DNA of 64,000 bases from Eledone cirrhosa (GCA_964016885.1 OZ024740.1:274412001-274476000); one strand, 5' to 3'; positions 1 to 14,229 are shown, counted from the stretch's first letter. The notes: generated by a model not told the origin, from the sequence alone. Translations and numbers: made by a program.

Positions 1-179
1 AGTAATGTACTGGGTAATTGCTGGCCTTGTGCCAAATGTAGAAACAATTATTATTAATGTGTTCGATATAACCCATATATACATATGTATATGTATATGT
101 ATGTGTGTGTGTATATATATATACAGATATGTATATATATATGTGTGTGTACGTATGCAAATTTTCTTTTATATATCAT

Positions 180-472
180 ATCTATCTATCTAAGGCGGGT
201 AAAATTCCCGAGATCCATGGACGAGTTCTCTCCAGCGGTCTCTGTCCCTCATTATCGCTGCCATATCCTGCATCTCCAACAGACCAGTGTCTGTCCTTAG
301 GGCATCAACTCAGAGCTGTATGGGAGCATCCCAAAAGTCAGCTCAAAAGTGACACAGAGGAGACTGAGGTTGGTTGGACATGCTCACCGACATCCAGAGT
401 TGACATTGCACTCAGTGCTCCTTTGGGAGCCCCTAAATGGACACACTAGAAGAGGAAGACCAAGGTTAACAT
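180..472 (-). mobile_element. RTE-X-like LINE 3' end with inverted 5' segment
   Basis: Minus 300-195 translates LRTDTGLLEMQDMAAIMRDRDRWRELV and ends in an (ATAG)n-like tail. Plus 301-470 translates the upstream motif RRLRLVGHAHRHPELTLHSVLLWEPLNGHTRRGRPRLT. Confidence 0.75.
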
Positions 473-495
473 ATATCATATATATATATATATAT

Positions 496-1147
496 GAAGT
501 TGATACATAGGTGACCTAATCAGAAGTATGTAGAATGCTCTGGAAGTCTAGTAGCCAAAATAAGAACAGGCTGGATGAATTTTAGGGAGCTAGTAACTCT
601 GCTGCCAACAAAGCAGTTCACCCTCTGTGTGATGAGTCAATTTTATATTGCCTGTGTGTGAACTGTAATACTACATGCAGTGAGACATGGGCCTTGAATA
701 CAGAAGACCTGGAAAAGTCAGGAAGAAATGAAATAAGCATGATCTGTTGCATAGCAAAAGTAAGTTTAGGGGAAAATTCTGTTTAAAGATCATGAGGATC
801 AATAAGATGGTATGTACTTGAGGTACATATGGAAGATGACAGGTGTATAAAAAAATGCAAAGAAAACTCAGTGGATGGGATTTATGGTACATCAATGGAG
901 ACATGTTTAGAAGCAGTGAAGCCAATCTTGGCAGCTGAGTCTCAGAAGAGAGATGAGAAAGGGCTGGCAAGTCTTTTTCAGTTCTACATGTCGTCATGTA
1001 GAACTGAAAAAGACTTGCCAGCCAATGATAAGAATGTAACATCACTGGTCCCTACCATTTGAGAGGTCAGTAGATCTCATTAAGTGATGACATATCCACT
1101 TGTTTTGCTAGCTTGGAAAATGGACATTGAATGATGATGATGATGAT
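496..1147 (+). mobile_element. Decayed 5'-truncated RTE LINE
   Basis: Degenerate match to the IRTGW..FREL..LL and MEDDRCIKKC regions of younger copies. Ends in gctagcttggaaaatggac followed by a (GAT)n tail. Confidence 0.8.
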
Positions 1148-1224
1148 GTGTATATATATATATATATGTATGTCATCATCATTCATATATATATATTTAT
1201 ATATATATATATATTTATATATAT

Positions 1225-1347
1225 AAGTTTGTATACATACATACATATATATATGTACGTATCAGCCGTACTAAGAGTGAGAAATGAAATTTCATTTTCT
1301 ATTTATATATATTTATATATATGTATATACATTTATATATATGTATA

Positions 1348-1389
<42 letters not shown>

Positions 1390-1800
1390 CGTATATATAA
1401 ATGAATATACATATATATAAATATATATAAATAGAAAATGAAATTTCATTTCTCACTCTTAGTACGGCTGATACTTAAATGTAAGTATGTATACGTACAT
1501 ACATATATGTATACAGACGTACAGTAGTATGTATATACATACATACTTGTACACATATATATGTACGTATGGGTTTACCGAACATTTATTATAATGTTCA
1601 GTTTGTACGGCTTAATTCGGGATGTTTACCGTATGGGTTTACCGAGCATTATAATAAATGTTCGGTAAACCGTACATATATATATGTGTGCATGTATGTA
1701 TGTATATACATACTACTGTACGTCTGTATACATATATGTATGTATGTATACATATTTATATTTAAGTATCAGCTGTACTAAGAGTGAGAAATAAAATTTT
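1225..1800. mobile_element. Hairpin-type PLE-derived element in (TA)n (family 4)
   Basis: Inverted arms of about 160 bp at ~1441-1602 and ~1641-1799, plus a third partial copy at 1225-1305. The same sequence at 5575-5735 is linked to a hammerhead-like motif. Confidence 0.6.
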
Positions 1801-1846
1801 ATATATATATGATATATACTATATATTATATATAGTTATATATAGT

Positions 1847-1881
<35 letters not shown>

Positions 1882-3009
1882 CAAACAACCTTGAAGCTTA
1901 TGTTAACTTGATACTAAATTTATTCCTCAGGCCCTTAAAAATGATTTTTCTAATTTGCTTTTTTTTCACTCATTGGTAAAAAAATCTCTCATGAAGATAA
2001 TTCTTGAGACATGAATACCAAAAATTATTTTCTCAGTCTCTCAATTTGACACACATCTCTTAATACTGCATACTCTGACAGATATAAGATTGCAGATCTT
2101 GCTGAAACCAATACTTTAATGGCAATTCTAAGATATTAATTATCACATTTGATTCATTGTAGTTTTCTTTCGTGTTTTATTATAATGGGGCAGGGGATGA
2201 TAGATTTCTATCTTTTTATTTCATTTCCTGTTATTTCTATTTTTTTTTTTTTTTTGTATTCTATTTTCAATTTTTATCATTTTTTTTCATTATATTAGTT
2301 TATTTTCCATGCTTTATTTATTTTTTTTTCTGTTTCTTTTTTCATATTTAAATTGATTGTACATTTTCTATCCCTGCAACCATCATCATTTACAGCCACA
2401 AATTACAGTAACAACAGCAACAACAACCATTATAATAATGACAATGATTTTTAACATCAACAAGATCATCAATGTTAGTGATTAATCCATCTCACTTTCT
2501 TCTGTTCTGTAGGTTTCTGATGGCTGCCTGCCTGACTGTCTGTTTGTCAGTCGAACTGTCTCTATCTCTGTCTCTTTCTTTCTCTCTTTCTCACTAGTTC
2601 ATCTTTCAAATTTTTTTCAACCATCTCTTCCTTTTATAGCTTTTTTTCATTATCAATTTCTCTTTATCTCTATATCTTACTTCATTTATCTCTCAATTAC
2701 ACAAACACACACACACATTTTTAAATATGTTTATATATTTATATACTTACACATACATGCATACATATATATATATATACACATATGTGTATATATATAT
2801 ATATATGTATATATATCGATGAAAGTCTAGCTAAGTTAAAGAGATTGCTTTGCTATTATAAGCTCCTCGGTTTAATCCCACTGCATGGCAACTTGGGCAA
2901 GTTTTTTTAGTAAGTATGTTTAATTCAATAAATGAAAATGATGTGTATAACTAATTCTTATTTTCTTAACACTTTTGATACTATCCTACCCAAAACCACC
3001 TCTAAATAA

Positions 3010-3160
3010 AACAACCAAAGGCCATTCTAAATTCAAATCTGAGAGAGGTTAGCTTTGACTTTCATCCTTATGGTGTTGATAATATAAACTAACAGTAATA
3101 CACTGGGGTAGATTCAATCGACTTTCTCCTTTCCCTTCAGATTGTTAACCTTGTGTCAAA
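3010..3160 (+). mobile_element. Old Nin/Deu-domain SINE fragment
   Basis: ttcaaatc...ctttgactttcatccttatggtgttgataat...cagtaatacactgggg, matching the younger copies at 39655 and 42160. Confidence 0.65.
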
Positions 3161-3582
3161 TCATCATCACCGTTTTACAACCATTCTTCCACGCTGGCAT
3201 GAGTTAGACAGGTTGTCTCCTGTCTGTCTCCTGTCTCCTGTCTGTCTCTCTCTCTCTCTAATCCCACCCTCTCTCTCTCTCTCTCTCTCTCTCCCTCTCT
3301 GTGTTTCCTTTTTCATTCCTTCTCACTCTATACTGTCAAATATTTTAAAATGTGATTTACATCCTCTCTTCTCTAATCCTATACTTCTCACATTGTTAAC
3401 TTTGCTTTTATCAAACCTATTGCTTTGTGGATCACTGATTTATCTCTAAAGCCCCTGATTAATATTTATCTTTCTTCTTTTATTTCCAACTCAGTCCCTT
3501 AGATCCTCTGTATATTTTTTAAAATGCAACTTCATCTAAGTTTTGTCATTTGCTTTGTTTAGAAAAATTGTCTCCTCCTCAT

Positions 3583-3699
<117 letters not shown>

Positions 3700-3938
3700 A
3701 ATTATTCCTGCAAGGATCATGGGAGAAGAGTCCTCAGACAATCCTTCTTCTTTCTATTACAGCTCTCTCTCTCTCTCTGTCTGTATATTTATATATATAT
3801 ATATATATATACACATATATATATATACACACATATATATACACATATATATATATACACACACATATATATATATATACACATACATATATATATATAT
3901 GCATACATACCTATATATATATACATACCTACATATGT

Positions 3939-4198
3939 GGAGGCACATGGCTTAGTGGTTAGAGCATTGGCCTTGCAATCGAAAGGTTGTGAGTTCAATT
4001 CTCAGACCGGGTGATGTGTTGTTTCCTTGAGCAAGACACTTCATTTCACATCGCTCCAGTTTACTCACTGTAAATGAGGTTGGTGTTAGGAAGGGCATCC
4101 AGCTGTAGAAATCAAGCCAGAATCAGTTCCCGTCCCACCCTTGCAAGCAGGGAAAAAGCGGACGTAAAATGAAATGATGATGATGATGATGATGATGA
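3939..4198 (+). mobile_element. tRNA-derived CORE SINE with RTE-derived tail (internally deleted copy)
   Basis: A box TGGCTTAGTGG, B box GAGTTCAATTC, CORE-like ccttgagcaagacactt...ctgtaaatgag, RTE 3' end and (GAT)n tail. Confidence 0.9.
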
Positions 4199-4989
4199 TA
4201 TATGTATATGTGTATATATATATATACATACACACACACACACACACACATATGTATGTGCGTGTATGTACGTACGTGTGTGTGTATGTGCGTGCGTGAA
4301 CATCTTTCTTTTTTACTTCCACAATGTCTCCCTCACTTTTTCCTTTGTTCTCCTAACTTCTCTCAATGCACCTTCTATTCTCCCAGCATCGCTGTCTCTC
4401 CTTTCCTTCCTTTTCTCCCGCCACCTACACCTCCCATACACACTCTCTCTCTCTCTCATTTATACTCTCCCAAATCTCAAAATTCTTACACTGCTTAACC
4501 ATAACATTAGCTCTCCTCTATGAAACATTACCAAAAGCACCTCCCTCGCCATCTTTTATAATCCCCTACCTGCTTGACTTTCCCCCACCTCTTCCCATTA
4601 CCCGTCTGTGCTGCCACCCTCCATAATCCTCACTCTCCATTGTACACTCACCATACCCAAACCACACACACATTAATTAGCCAGCTTGATTCACCAAAGC
4701 AATTTACAAACCAAATAGGTAAAGTTAGATGCATCTTTTTTTAGAGCTAAGATTACATGGGAAGTTTCAATCTTCAGCTTAAGTTTTTTTTTAATATCCT
4801 TTGCTTATGTCACTACCACTACCACCACATCAACTACAACAATCACACTATATATTATCACATCACTCTACCACTTCCTCTGCTACAACAACTACAGTCA
4901 TAGACACAGGTATCAATTCACTTTAATCATAATGTACTACTATTACAATTAGAATCACATGTACCATTAAACCTACATCCACACCACAT

Positions 4990-5054
<65 letters not shown>

Positions 5055-5090
5055 ATATTACTACTACTACTATACTATTACTACTACTAC
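4990..5090. repeat. (ACT)n microsatellite
   Basis: Long imperfect ACT run. Confidence 0.95.
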
Positions 5091-5236
5091 GTTAATAAAT
5101 ACATTATAAATAAAAATCAAATAGTGTTTAAAATATGTAATCACTTACAATCGTTTCATCCTAGCACAAGGTCAGAATTGTCATACTTGGAATTGGATAA
5201 TATTTTATATTACCTACATTATATATATATATATAT

Positions 5237-5570
5237 GGAGGCACATGGCTTAGTGGTTAGAGCATTGGCCTTGCAATCGAAAGGTTGTGAGTTCAATTCT
5301 CAGACTGGGTGATGTGTTGTTTCCTTGAGCAAGACACTTTATTTCACATTGCTCCAGTTTACTCAGCTGTAGAAATGAGATGATTGGGACTGGAGTCCCT
5401 ATCATTCCACTGCAAAGTGGTCGTGTAGGTGCCATGGCAAAAAAGCACCCAGCACTCACTGTTACGAAGGGCATCCAGCTGTAGAAATCAAGCCAGAATC
5501 AGTTCCCGTCCCACCCTTGCAAGCAGGGTAAAGCGGACGTAAAATGAAATGATGATGATGAAATGATGAT
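5237..5570 (+). mobile_element. tRNA-CORE SINE with RTE tail
   Basis: Near-identical to the copies at 9089, 28753 and 37779; starts directly after (TA)n. Confidence 0.9.
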
Positions 5571-5574
5571 ATAT

Positions 5575-5960
5575 ATAAGTATGTATATGTACATACATAT
5601 ATGCATACAGACGTACAGTAGTATATATATATATACATACATGCACACATATATATATGTACGTATGGATTCACCGAATATTTATTATAATGCTCGGTGT
5701 GTTTGTAAACAAACATCCCAAATTAAGCTGTACCATGTAGCAACCATCGTTGCTCATTTGTTCAACACTGACAAAGGAACGCTGTATTAGTTTCAAGCTT
5801 ATTAGCTATCGTCAGCAATGTTTACCTTCCTGCCAGATGATTGAACATCTGAAAGTATATACTTTCCTTATGCATATTAACGGCTGAGCAGCTTAATTTG
5901 CATATCGAGTGACTTAATCGGCCCGGGGCACCGAAAACGATAAACGGAAATTTTGTTTCA
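5575..5960 (-). mobile_element. PLE-like terminal repeat (family 4) with degenerate hammerhead
   Basis: Shares sequence with 1480-1625. Minus 5820-5780 reads ttgCTGACGAtagc-taataa-gcttGAAACtaatacagc. Confidence 0.55.
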
Positions 5961-6184
5961 TTTTATCCTTTTATATATATATATAATATGGAAAATGAAG
6001 AATCAATGATGCGTCAAAACACAATTTATTAACGTATTACAAAAAAAATTGTTTCTTCGGTGAACAGCTTGAGGTGCGATCTATTTGTGGATCAAACCTG
6101 ACTCTGAATTTGCAAGTTCCTCAGATATGTCTAGTGACTTCGAAGCAAATTCACTGTCTGTTTCGTTTTCCAAATTATTATACT

Positions 6185-6324
6185 CTGCTCCGAAGGAGCA
6201 TAGAGTGCTCAACCAGCATACCGCCTATGGACGCATCCTAGCAACCTTACGGTTCTGATATATTTGATATATATTTAACCTTATCGAGCCCTCTTTGGAT
6301 TTTAGTCTTGAAATTTATTATTAT

Positions 6325-6330
<6 letters not shown>
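6185..6330 (+). mobile_element. PLE-like tail (family 1) ending in (TA)n
   Basis: acggttct...ccttatcgagccctctttggattttagtctt..atttattattattactata, shared with 21555-21640, 16460-16508 and 33955-34008. Confidence 0.6.
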
Positions 6331-6401
<71 letters not shown>

Positions 6402-6489
6402 TATATATACATATATTTATATATAGATACAATTGTATATATATATTATTAGTACATATTCAAATTTTAAGAAATAAATTTCTGCTTTC

Positions 6490-6930
6490 ACCCTAAGCAG
6501 TATCAGAAGAAAGAGTGCGGAAGCAAAAGAGGATATGTTGCTAGAGAGGTAGGGTGGTGGGGTGATAGGTGAGAAGGAAAGGAAGGCGAGTGTGGGGAGC
6601 GTGGTGGTGGGGTGAGAGCTTTGTGACACAGTCAGTTTCATGGATGCAGGTGAAAGCAGTTTCGATCAGAGTGGGGAGAGATACCCATGATGGATGAAGT
6701 GGGTGTCCATGTGAAAGGACTGGGTCTTGAAATTATGGTTCTGGCTACAGAGCCAATGAATATGTAGGAATTGGGAGTAGGGTATGGAGAGTTTTATGCG
6801 ATTGGAATGGGAGGTGAAGTCGAAGTAGGAGTGGCTTACATGTGATGAAGGTAGAGAGTGATTAATGTGGTCAATAAACAGAAATATCACGAAATTGAAC
6901 AAGATTTGGATACAGTGGTGTTGAAGGTGA
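6490..6930 (-). mobile_element. Penelope-like element RT C-terminal fragment (decayed)
   Basis: Translates SHSYFDFTSHSNRIKLSIPYSQFLHIHWLCSQNHNF...FIHHGY, resembling the PLE RT motif SIPYSQFLR.RR.CS...F..RGYP. Confidence 0.75.
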
Positions 6931-6937
6931 TATATAT

Positions 6938-7517
6938 ATGTGAATGGCAAAGCATAAACGAATTGAGAGAGAGACTGAGCATAAGGGGAATCAAATGCTG
7001 TGTGCGGGAGAGGAGATTGCGTTGGTATGGACATGTGATGTGTATGAAGGATGACAGTTGCATAAAAAGGTGCAGAGTACTAGAAGTCGATGGACGCCAT
7101 GGAGTTGGGAGACCCAAGAAGACCTGGGATGAGGTGATAAAAGATGACCTTACCCAATTGCACCTCTCCAAGGCGATGACACACGACCGTGACCTCTGGC
7201 TTCATGCAGTAATACAGAAGACCCAACTTCCCACGGGTACAAGCCGAAGCTGAAGCATATTGACAATATGTGCCTACCCCCTCCCATTGCAAAGTGGTCG
7301 GGGAGGTGCCACGGCAAAAAAGCACCCAGTGCACATTGTAAATGAGGTTGGTGTTAGGAAGGGCATCGAGCTGTAGAAATCGAGCCAAAATCAGTTCCCG
7401 TATGAGCAAGACAAGGTCAGCCAACCGGGCACTGTCCACAACAGGACAAGCCATCTAACGCATGCTAGCATGGAAGAATGGACGTAAAATGGTGATGATG
7501 ATGTTGATGATGATATA
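6938..7517 (+). mobile_element. RTE LINE subfamily A, 5'-truncated
   Basis: SINELRERLSIRGIKCCVRERRLRWYGHV...GRPKKTW, followed by the 3' UTR and (GAT)n tail. Confidence 0.92.
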
Positions 7518-7979
7518 TGGGGATATGACATTCACTCTTGCCCAAAACCACCACCTTCCACAACCAACAGAAAACAGGAATACAACAGTTTTACAAAGAT
7601 GATTTGAATAAAACAATTCTAGTCTTGTAGAAGCCATTTCTTGATGTTTACACTCTACCTTACTAACTGAGGTTCTGAATGCATTGAAGTAGGTGAGTGT
7701 AGGTGCCATCAATGTGCTTTTGTTGTTTGGATGAAAGCGTCCATGTTTCACTTTCATCTAACAAAATTGGTTGAATTTTTACTGGAAAGAGTTTCATTTT
7801 GGTGTGGTTGGAAAGATTTGAGCACTAAACTCGATCCATCTTGTTCTCCTGTTAGCAAAAGTTGGACCACTATAGCTACATGGAAGATAGATGTTAAACA
7901 ATGATAATGGTGATCCTGTCTTGTGTCATCCCTCCTTTGAATGTGAAGCATGCACAAAGTTCTTGTTCCAGACATTTTA

Positions 7980-9060
7980 ATCTCTCATCATGAAAACAAG
8001 ATCCCACCCAGTGAGGCCAGAGCCCTGATAGTTATGTTTGGATGTCCCATTCAGCACTTTGTATCAGAAGACCAGAGAAGCAGTTTCCCTGAATCTTCAC
8101 TGTGATAGAAAACATAACTGTTAAGAACCAAGTGATAGGATCAAACATTCGATGAAACTTATGGCAGATCACCATAAAGTACTTTGTTGTAGTGAAACTT
8201 AGCCATGAAATGTTGAACAGCACTAGTATCATCTTAGTGTAGGAAACATTAAGTCTCCCCGAGTGACCAACACCAAGATCCAAGAACTCTGAATGACATA
8301 GCAAGGCAGTTTGACTGTAGATTCAATGACCCCACACCCTGCAGCTCTTGAGTCGGGAGCCCTCCAGACCACCTGTAGTAAATTTATTGCATTCCATGCC
8401 TGACCAATTCTTGCAGTCATATCACACACAGAGTCAGTGTAACCACCCAGATATTCAAATTCTTGGACCAGTTCGATAGGTGAACTGGCAGAAGCATATA
8501 GTGGACTAAGAGTGGACGGATTCAAATGCATGAATTTAGTTTTTGAAGCATTGAGAAACAAACTCACCTCTTGGCAGGCATTCTCGACATGGCAGAAGAG
8601 GCTCTGAGCTAACTCGATGGTACCTTCCAGAAGATACCATCTGCATAGTCAAGATCAGGGAAGAAAATAGCTTGATGAGAGTGACTCTGACAACTCTTGA
8701 TGGTTATACCATCAGTATCTGTGATGGCAGTGCAAAGGGTGTAGTCCAACGCTATCATAAAAATGAATTGAGCAAGGGGATCACCCTGCAATATGCCTGT
8801 ATAGATTTTAAGAATGCTGTATTCTCCTTCAGGTTTAAGGACAACAGCTGAGGTGTTCTCATACATGAGATGAATAGCAGTAACTACATCAAGATGAATT
8901 CCTCAAGCTTCAAGAATCAGGCAAAATTGGTACAATCAACTGGCTGGATACCGACCAGAGTCAGAAAAGATGACATCAATGTCGTCAGTTACCCACCCTT
9001 ATCTACTGCTAAAATCCACTACATGATGCTATGCCATCAGTTTCCAAGTTCATAGCTGAA
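7980..9060 (-). mobile_element. RTE-X-like LINE RT fragment (frameshifted)
   Basis: ORFs 8609-8866 (GILQGDPLAQFIF...DLDYADGI) and 8229-8567 (LNASKTKFM...FEYLG...ARIGQAW). Boundaries uncertain. Confidence 0.8.
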
Positions 9061-9088
9061 GGCCTTCAAAATATTTATTCATAAACAT

Positions 9089-9431
9089 GGAGGCACATGG
9101 CTTAGTGGTTAGAGCATTGGCCTTGCAATCAAAAGGTTGTGAGTTCAGTTCTCAGACCGGGTGATGTGTTGTTTCCTTGAGCAAGACACTTTATTTCACA
9201 TTGCTCCAGTTTACTCAGCTGTAGAAATGAGATGATAAGACTCGGGTCCATATCATTCCACTGCAAAGTGGTCGTGGAGGTGCCACGGCAAAAAAGCACC
9301 CAGCACTCACTCTAAATGAGGTTGGTGTTAGGAAGGGCATCCAGCTGTAGAAATCAAGCCAGAATCAGTTCCCGTCCCACCTTTGCAAGCAGGGAAAAAG
9401 CGGACGTAAAATGAAATGAATGAATGAATGA
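9089..9431 (+). mobile_element. tRNA-CORE SINE with RTE tail
   Basis: Full-length copy with a (TGAA)n tail and a probable short TSD aaacat. Confidence 0.9.
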
Positions 9432-9860
9432 AACATACCATATATTGCTAGATATACAAAACACATACTTCATATATATATATATAAATTATATATGATA
9501 TAAATTCATATAAATGTATGTTTCTATGTATGATCATCATCCTCATTTTATGACTATTTTTCTATGGCTGCATAAATTTGGTAGATACTTTAGAGACAAT
9601 GTTTTACAATCAGATGGTCTTCCTGCCATGAACACTTTTAGATGTAAAACAGTTGGTGATGGAAAGGGCATCCAGCCATGAAACCAATTTCAAACAGACA
9701 TACAGAACAACAGATTTAGCTGATTATTCTCATATATATATATAATTTCATCTATCACATACAGCACCAGAGAGAATAATCAGCTAAATCTGTTGTTCTG
9801 TATGTCTGTATATATCTGTATGTTGTTCTGTATGTCTGTATATGTCTGTATATATCTGTA

Positions 9861-9906
<46 letters not shown>

Positions 9907-10050
9907 GATATATATATATATGAATGTGCATACATATGTAGCATACATATATATATTTATATTTATATGTATATTTGTGTATCATTCATTTTTTTCATTT
10001 CATTTTACGTACGCTTTTTCTCTGCTTGCAAGGTGTATATACATACACAT

Positions 10051-10096
<46 letters not shown>

Positions 10097-11729
10097 GTGG
10101 GTGGGTGTGAATATCTATATGTATATTTTATCAGTATTTCATTTCATTTCTTTTATTCATTCTTTTCAGACTTTTATGTATTTTTTACCTAAATTTGTAG
10201 CAAGAAAGGTCAAAGTTTAGATATATTATATTTAAGGATAGACATGGGTTTAATGAAGCAAGTGTTTCTGCACATCAACAATATTTTATGTATTCAAATA
10301 TCTATGTATGAATGTATGCTTGTGTGTGCTTATGTATTTATTTGCTATTCCTTAAATGTATGTAAGTAGAGATGATGGTATTGATGTCTTGCTACGAGGA
10401 AAAGTGTGACACTGGAACTAATAATACTTGCATAAAAGTTGGCTCAATTGTTCCTCTCTGAACTTTTAAAATTATTTAAATATACAGGACATTAGAAGTG
10501 TACTATTTATAAAAGGCCCAAATTGTTTTGAGTTTATACTATATGATGAACTGTCCTTTGCTGTGTGGCACCATTTCCAAGAAAACCTGTGTTCTTCAAA
10601 AACAGAGTACAATTGAATTCTAACATGAGCCAATTGTCTTCTCTAAATGATTTCATAATATTTGTCATATATTAACCTTTTCATAACCATATTTCTAATG
10701 GAAAACATTATCTATGATTTTCAAATAATTTTGAAAAGATAAAGATTTACTAATAGGTAGGATTTACTAATATAATTAATTTTATCATTATTAAGCTGGT
10801 GCTTGGAGCATAGCTTAACAAAATGTTTTGAATAAACATTATAATGGAAGAATTTTAGATAAATATAAATATTTTAAAACAAACAGTTTTGTACTGTAGG
10901 ACCAGGGGCAGTTTTAAACAGTTTATTACCAAAGACTTAAAATGCCCTGTGGCCATTGTTCAATGAACAGATGCTTTGGAAAGCAGTTGTCATCTAACAT
11001 AGACTTGTCAAATTTTTTAATGTTGTGATTTCTGATGCCAATAATGTATTCCAAATATATATACTCATGTGGTAATTATTGTAGTCAATTTATAGTTCTT
11101 TTGTTTGTTTGTTTGTTGTTTCACACTTTTCTTATGCTGTACTATGTACCCCTAAGTTCCATGTCCCACTGATTAAATATACATTCTCAAACACCTGTAT
11201 TATATATTGCCAGTAGGAGTTCCATTCCATTGAGTCATACATGAGAGACCTGAAAAGATCATTGCATTCACTGATTTATAACTGCATGCAATGTTAGGCC
11301 AGTAGTAGCTGAAGATAGTGAAAATACAGGAGAATGCTGGCATTCATAATCTAAACATTTCTTCAGCATTTTTAAAGTTTATTAATGGATCGTCTGAATA
11401 TAGGGTCCCAATATTACTTCCTGTCAGTTGATAGATAAAATTTGATTAATGGCTATGAGGACCACAGATATATGAGGAAAGAACTATAATAACTTTGAAA
11501 GTCCGTCATCCTTATTCCCCAGAGACTAATCTCTTGTCTGTATCTGACTTGAATAAGGAATTGAGCTAGATAATGAACAAATAAGAATATCAATAATATA
11601 TAATCTGTAAGTGACAATTATATGCTAGAAATAATATATTAAACTAAACACCCACACACACACACACACATAACACACACAGGCACACACATATGCATAC
11701 ATAGATATACATAAATACACACATATATA

Positions 11730-12790
11730 ATGTCTGGTTTCCATGTTTGCATGGGTTTTTCCCTCAGCACTTGTTGCCTCAGTCTTCATTCAGGTTCAAC
11801 TAGTTTGAGCACTACTGTTATTTTGTAAACTATATATAATAAACATGAGGGAGACTGAGAATCAAGCTCTGGTATACACCTACTGGCATTCTAAATCTTT
11901 TACTGAATGTGTTGCTAATGCTCATCTTGCTCACAGTATTTGTGTATTTTCAGCATTCAGCAGCCATTTTTGCCTTAATATCAGTAACCTGAATATATTG
12001 TTATTGCATTTTTAATTCTCACCAACAATACCCTGGTTTACACTACTGCATTATTTTGCAATTTTAAACCCCCTATATCTCTGATTCTGACATTGTAGAA
12101 CCATGAAAAACCTCTTATGTTCATCTTTTCTTCTTGCTAAACATACTTGACATCCAAATGATCTTTTTGATGCTTGAAAGTGGTCCCTGCTGCTCTCATT
12201 TCTGCCATTCTGTTCAGGTCTATATCTTAATTTTTTAAACTATATTTACTCTACCATTCTACCAATATGTCACATTCTGCCTGGCTGTAATTTCACTCCA
12301 TCTGCAGATCTCAGCTGTGGCCTGCAACAGGTTATCTCATTGAAATTCCCAGTTATCTTCAGTGTTATCAATTTCTAACCACTGTTCTTTTTTGCTACAC
12401 ACATCATCTAGTACTTCTGCGAATTTATGTATTGCTGATGGATCTGTCAGCATCCATATTTTTCTTGAGTTACTGTGTCAGTCTAATACTTATTCTGATG
12501 TCAATCATCACTTGCATATATATGGTAAGTACTACATTTTTCACTGAAGTAGGATTTAGTAAAGACAGCCATCTATCTATCCTGTTTCTTGGCAAGTATA
12601 ACGTCTGACTAATTTATAAAACATCTGAATGGTAGGGAATCAGGTGGCTGGCCAGTTTCCTGAAGTTAATGCTGCAAATGATTAGGTCATTTACATCACA
12701 TAACTTGAGGAACCTTGAACATTCTCTCTTCCTTGTAACATAAGCATAGCCTCCTTATATATTAAAATAGCCATTGTTCTTTGGCTACTT
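11730..12790 (-). mobile_element. Highly decayed RTE LINE (APE-to-RT region)
   Basis: Minus strand near 12750-12620 reads GGYAYVTRKRECSRFLKLCDVNDLIICSINFRKLASHLIPY, homologous to GGYGFGTRNEEGSRILEFCDANNLTICNTN. Extent uncertain. Confidence 0.6.
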
Positions 12791-13029
12791 ACATACACAT
12801 AAAAAAGCAACAGTGAAAGAAAAGCAGAGTAGTATAAGAAAAAAGAAGGGAAGTTTAATAATGTTGTGACTTCACATTTCTACCTTTCTAACGTTGTGAC
12901 TTCACATTTCTGCCTTTCTAAACTTACATTACACAATTTATATTTTATTTATTCTATTTTGCACATATAAACACAATTTATGTAATATATATGATGAATA
13001 TGAAATATTCTAAAGAAACCAATGAATAG

Positions 13030-13345
13030 AAATCAATTAAAGAAAAAAAAAGTAGCATTGCAGAAGAATATAAATGAAAGGAAAGGAGGGAAAGGGCAAG
13101 GATTATTAAACAATGAAAGAAATGGGGAAAGAGAGATGGTGACAGATTCTAAACCTAAGTTAGAGTGGTGTTTTGGTTGCACCTCATGGACAAAATGGCA
13201 AATGCATTCCTGAAGACAATGGCCAGTAACATCTGTAACAACAGCCACCTCACTTTGCAGGGCTCCTTCCTCGGATGGGTTGCTGTCATTCTGATTTTAC
13301 AGAGGAGGCCAGCTCTACAGAGTCTGAGGACACCTGAGGTCTCAC
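13030..13345 (-). mobile_element. CRE-like (RLE) non-LTR element 3' end
   Basis: ETSGVL...EPCKVRWLLLQMLLAIVFRNAFAILS resembles the CRE-clade C-terminus (ETLG...QRLS.A.QRGNA..IL); related to 60230-60605. Confidence 0.55.
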
Positions 13346-14229
13346 TTTTTTAATCTTCATTCCTTGATTTTCTGTACAGTTTTCAATTACACTTTTATCT
13401 ATTTAACTTACTTCTCGTTATTCCTTCTTAAACATTAAATTCCTTCTCTCTTCACATATTCTTTATAGTATATTTTATAAATTTTATCAAATGCCTTTTT
13501 CAGTTGGATCCACTGCATGTCCTTCATTATTAGTTTGCTCAATCAGGGCTAACCTAGAACTAAACAACAATACATCCATCACACACTCTGTTACCAGCAT
13601 CTCATGACAATATATTCTTCCCTCCCCACACCAAGGCATTCATTTCGAAGACATTTCACATCATGAATATTGGCTGAGAGAGCACGTACAAAGTCCGTTG
13701 CTCAACCTGCTAGAAATATGTATCATATGGAAATATATAATGTGTGTCTAGGATATAGAATACCTTTAAAAAATCAGATAAAAACCTTGTAATTTTTCTT
13801 ACCCTCTCTGCTTTGAATTCAAATTCCACCAAGGTAAATTTTGCCTAGCATTCTTTCATGGTCGTTATATAATTTACCTCTCAAGGATGATGTACTGGTG
13901 GAATTATTAGTGTGTTGGATGAAATCACTTGCAGTATTTCTTCTAGCTTTATGTATTTTGAGTTCAAATCTTACCTCCTATCACTGGAAAAATCATTGCA
14001 TGACTATCATCAAAATATATAAGAAACCTCCTATGTGTTGTAACCTTTTGGAAGGCTAGTTAAACCTATGCAGGTGTAGCGTCTCATAACTCTGGATGGA
14101 GTCACAGGGGCACGATATTGACACAAGCCCTTTCTTGGATAAGGCCAGAGTACAGCAGATTTCTTCCTGAGAAAGCAAGAAAGTGAGAGATTGAAAATGA
14201 AAAAAGATATAGAGGAAGAATCAACTTCA

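Noticed and set aside
3939-4010. Possible tRNA gene
   Set aside because: No proper acceptor stem, and it is fused to CORE and LINE tail in all copies, so it is a SINE head.
12862-12921. 30-bp tandem duplication
   Set aside because: Ordinary slippage duplication.
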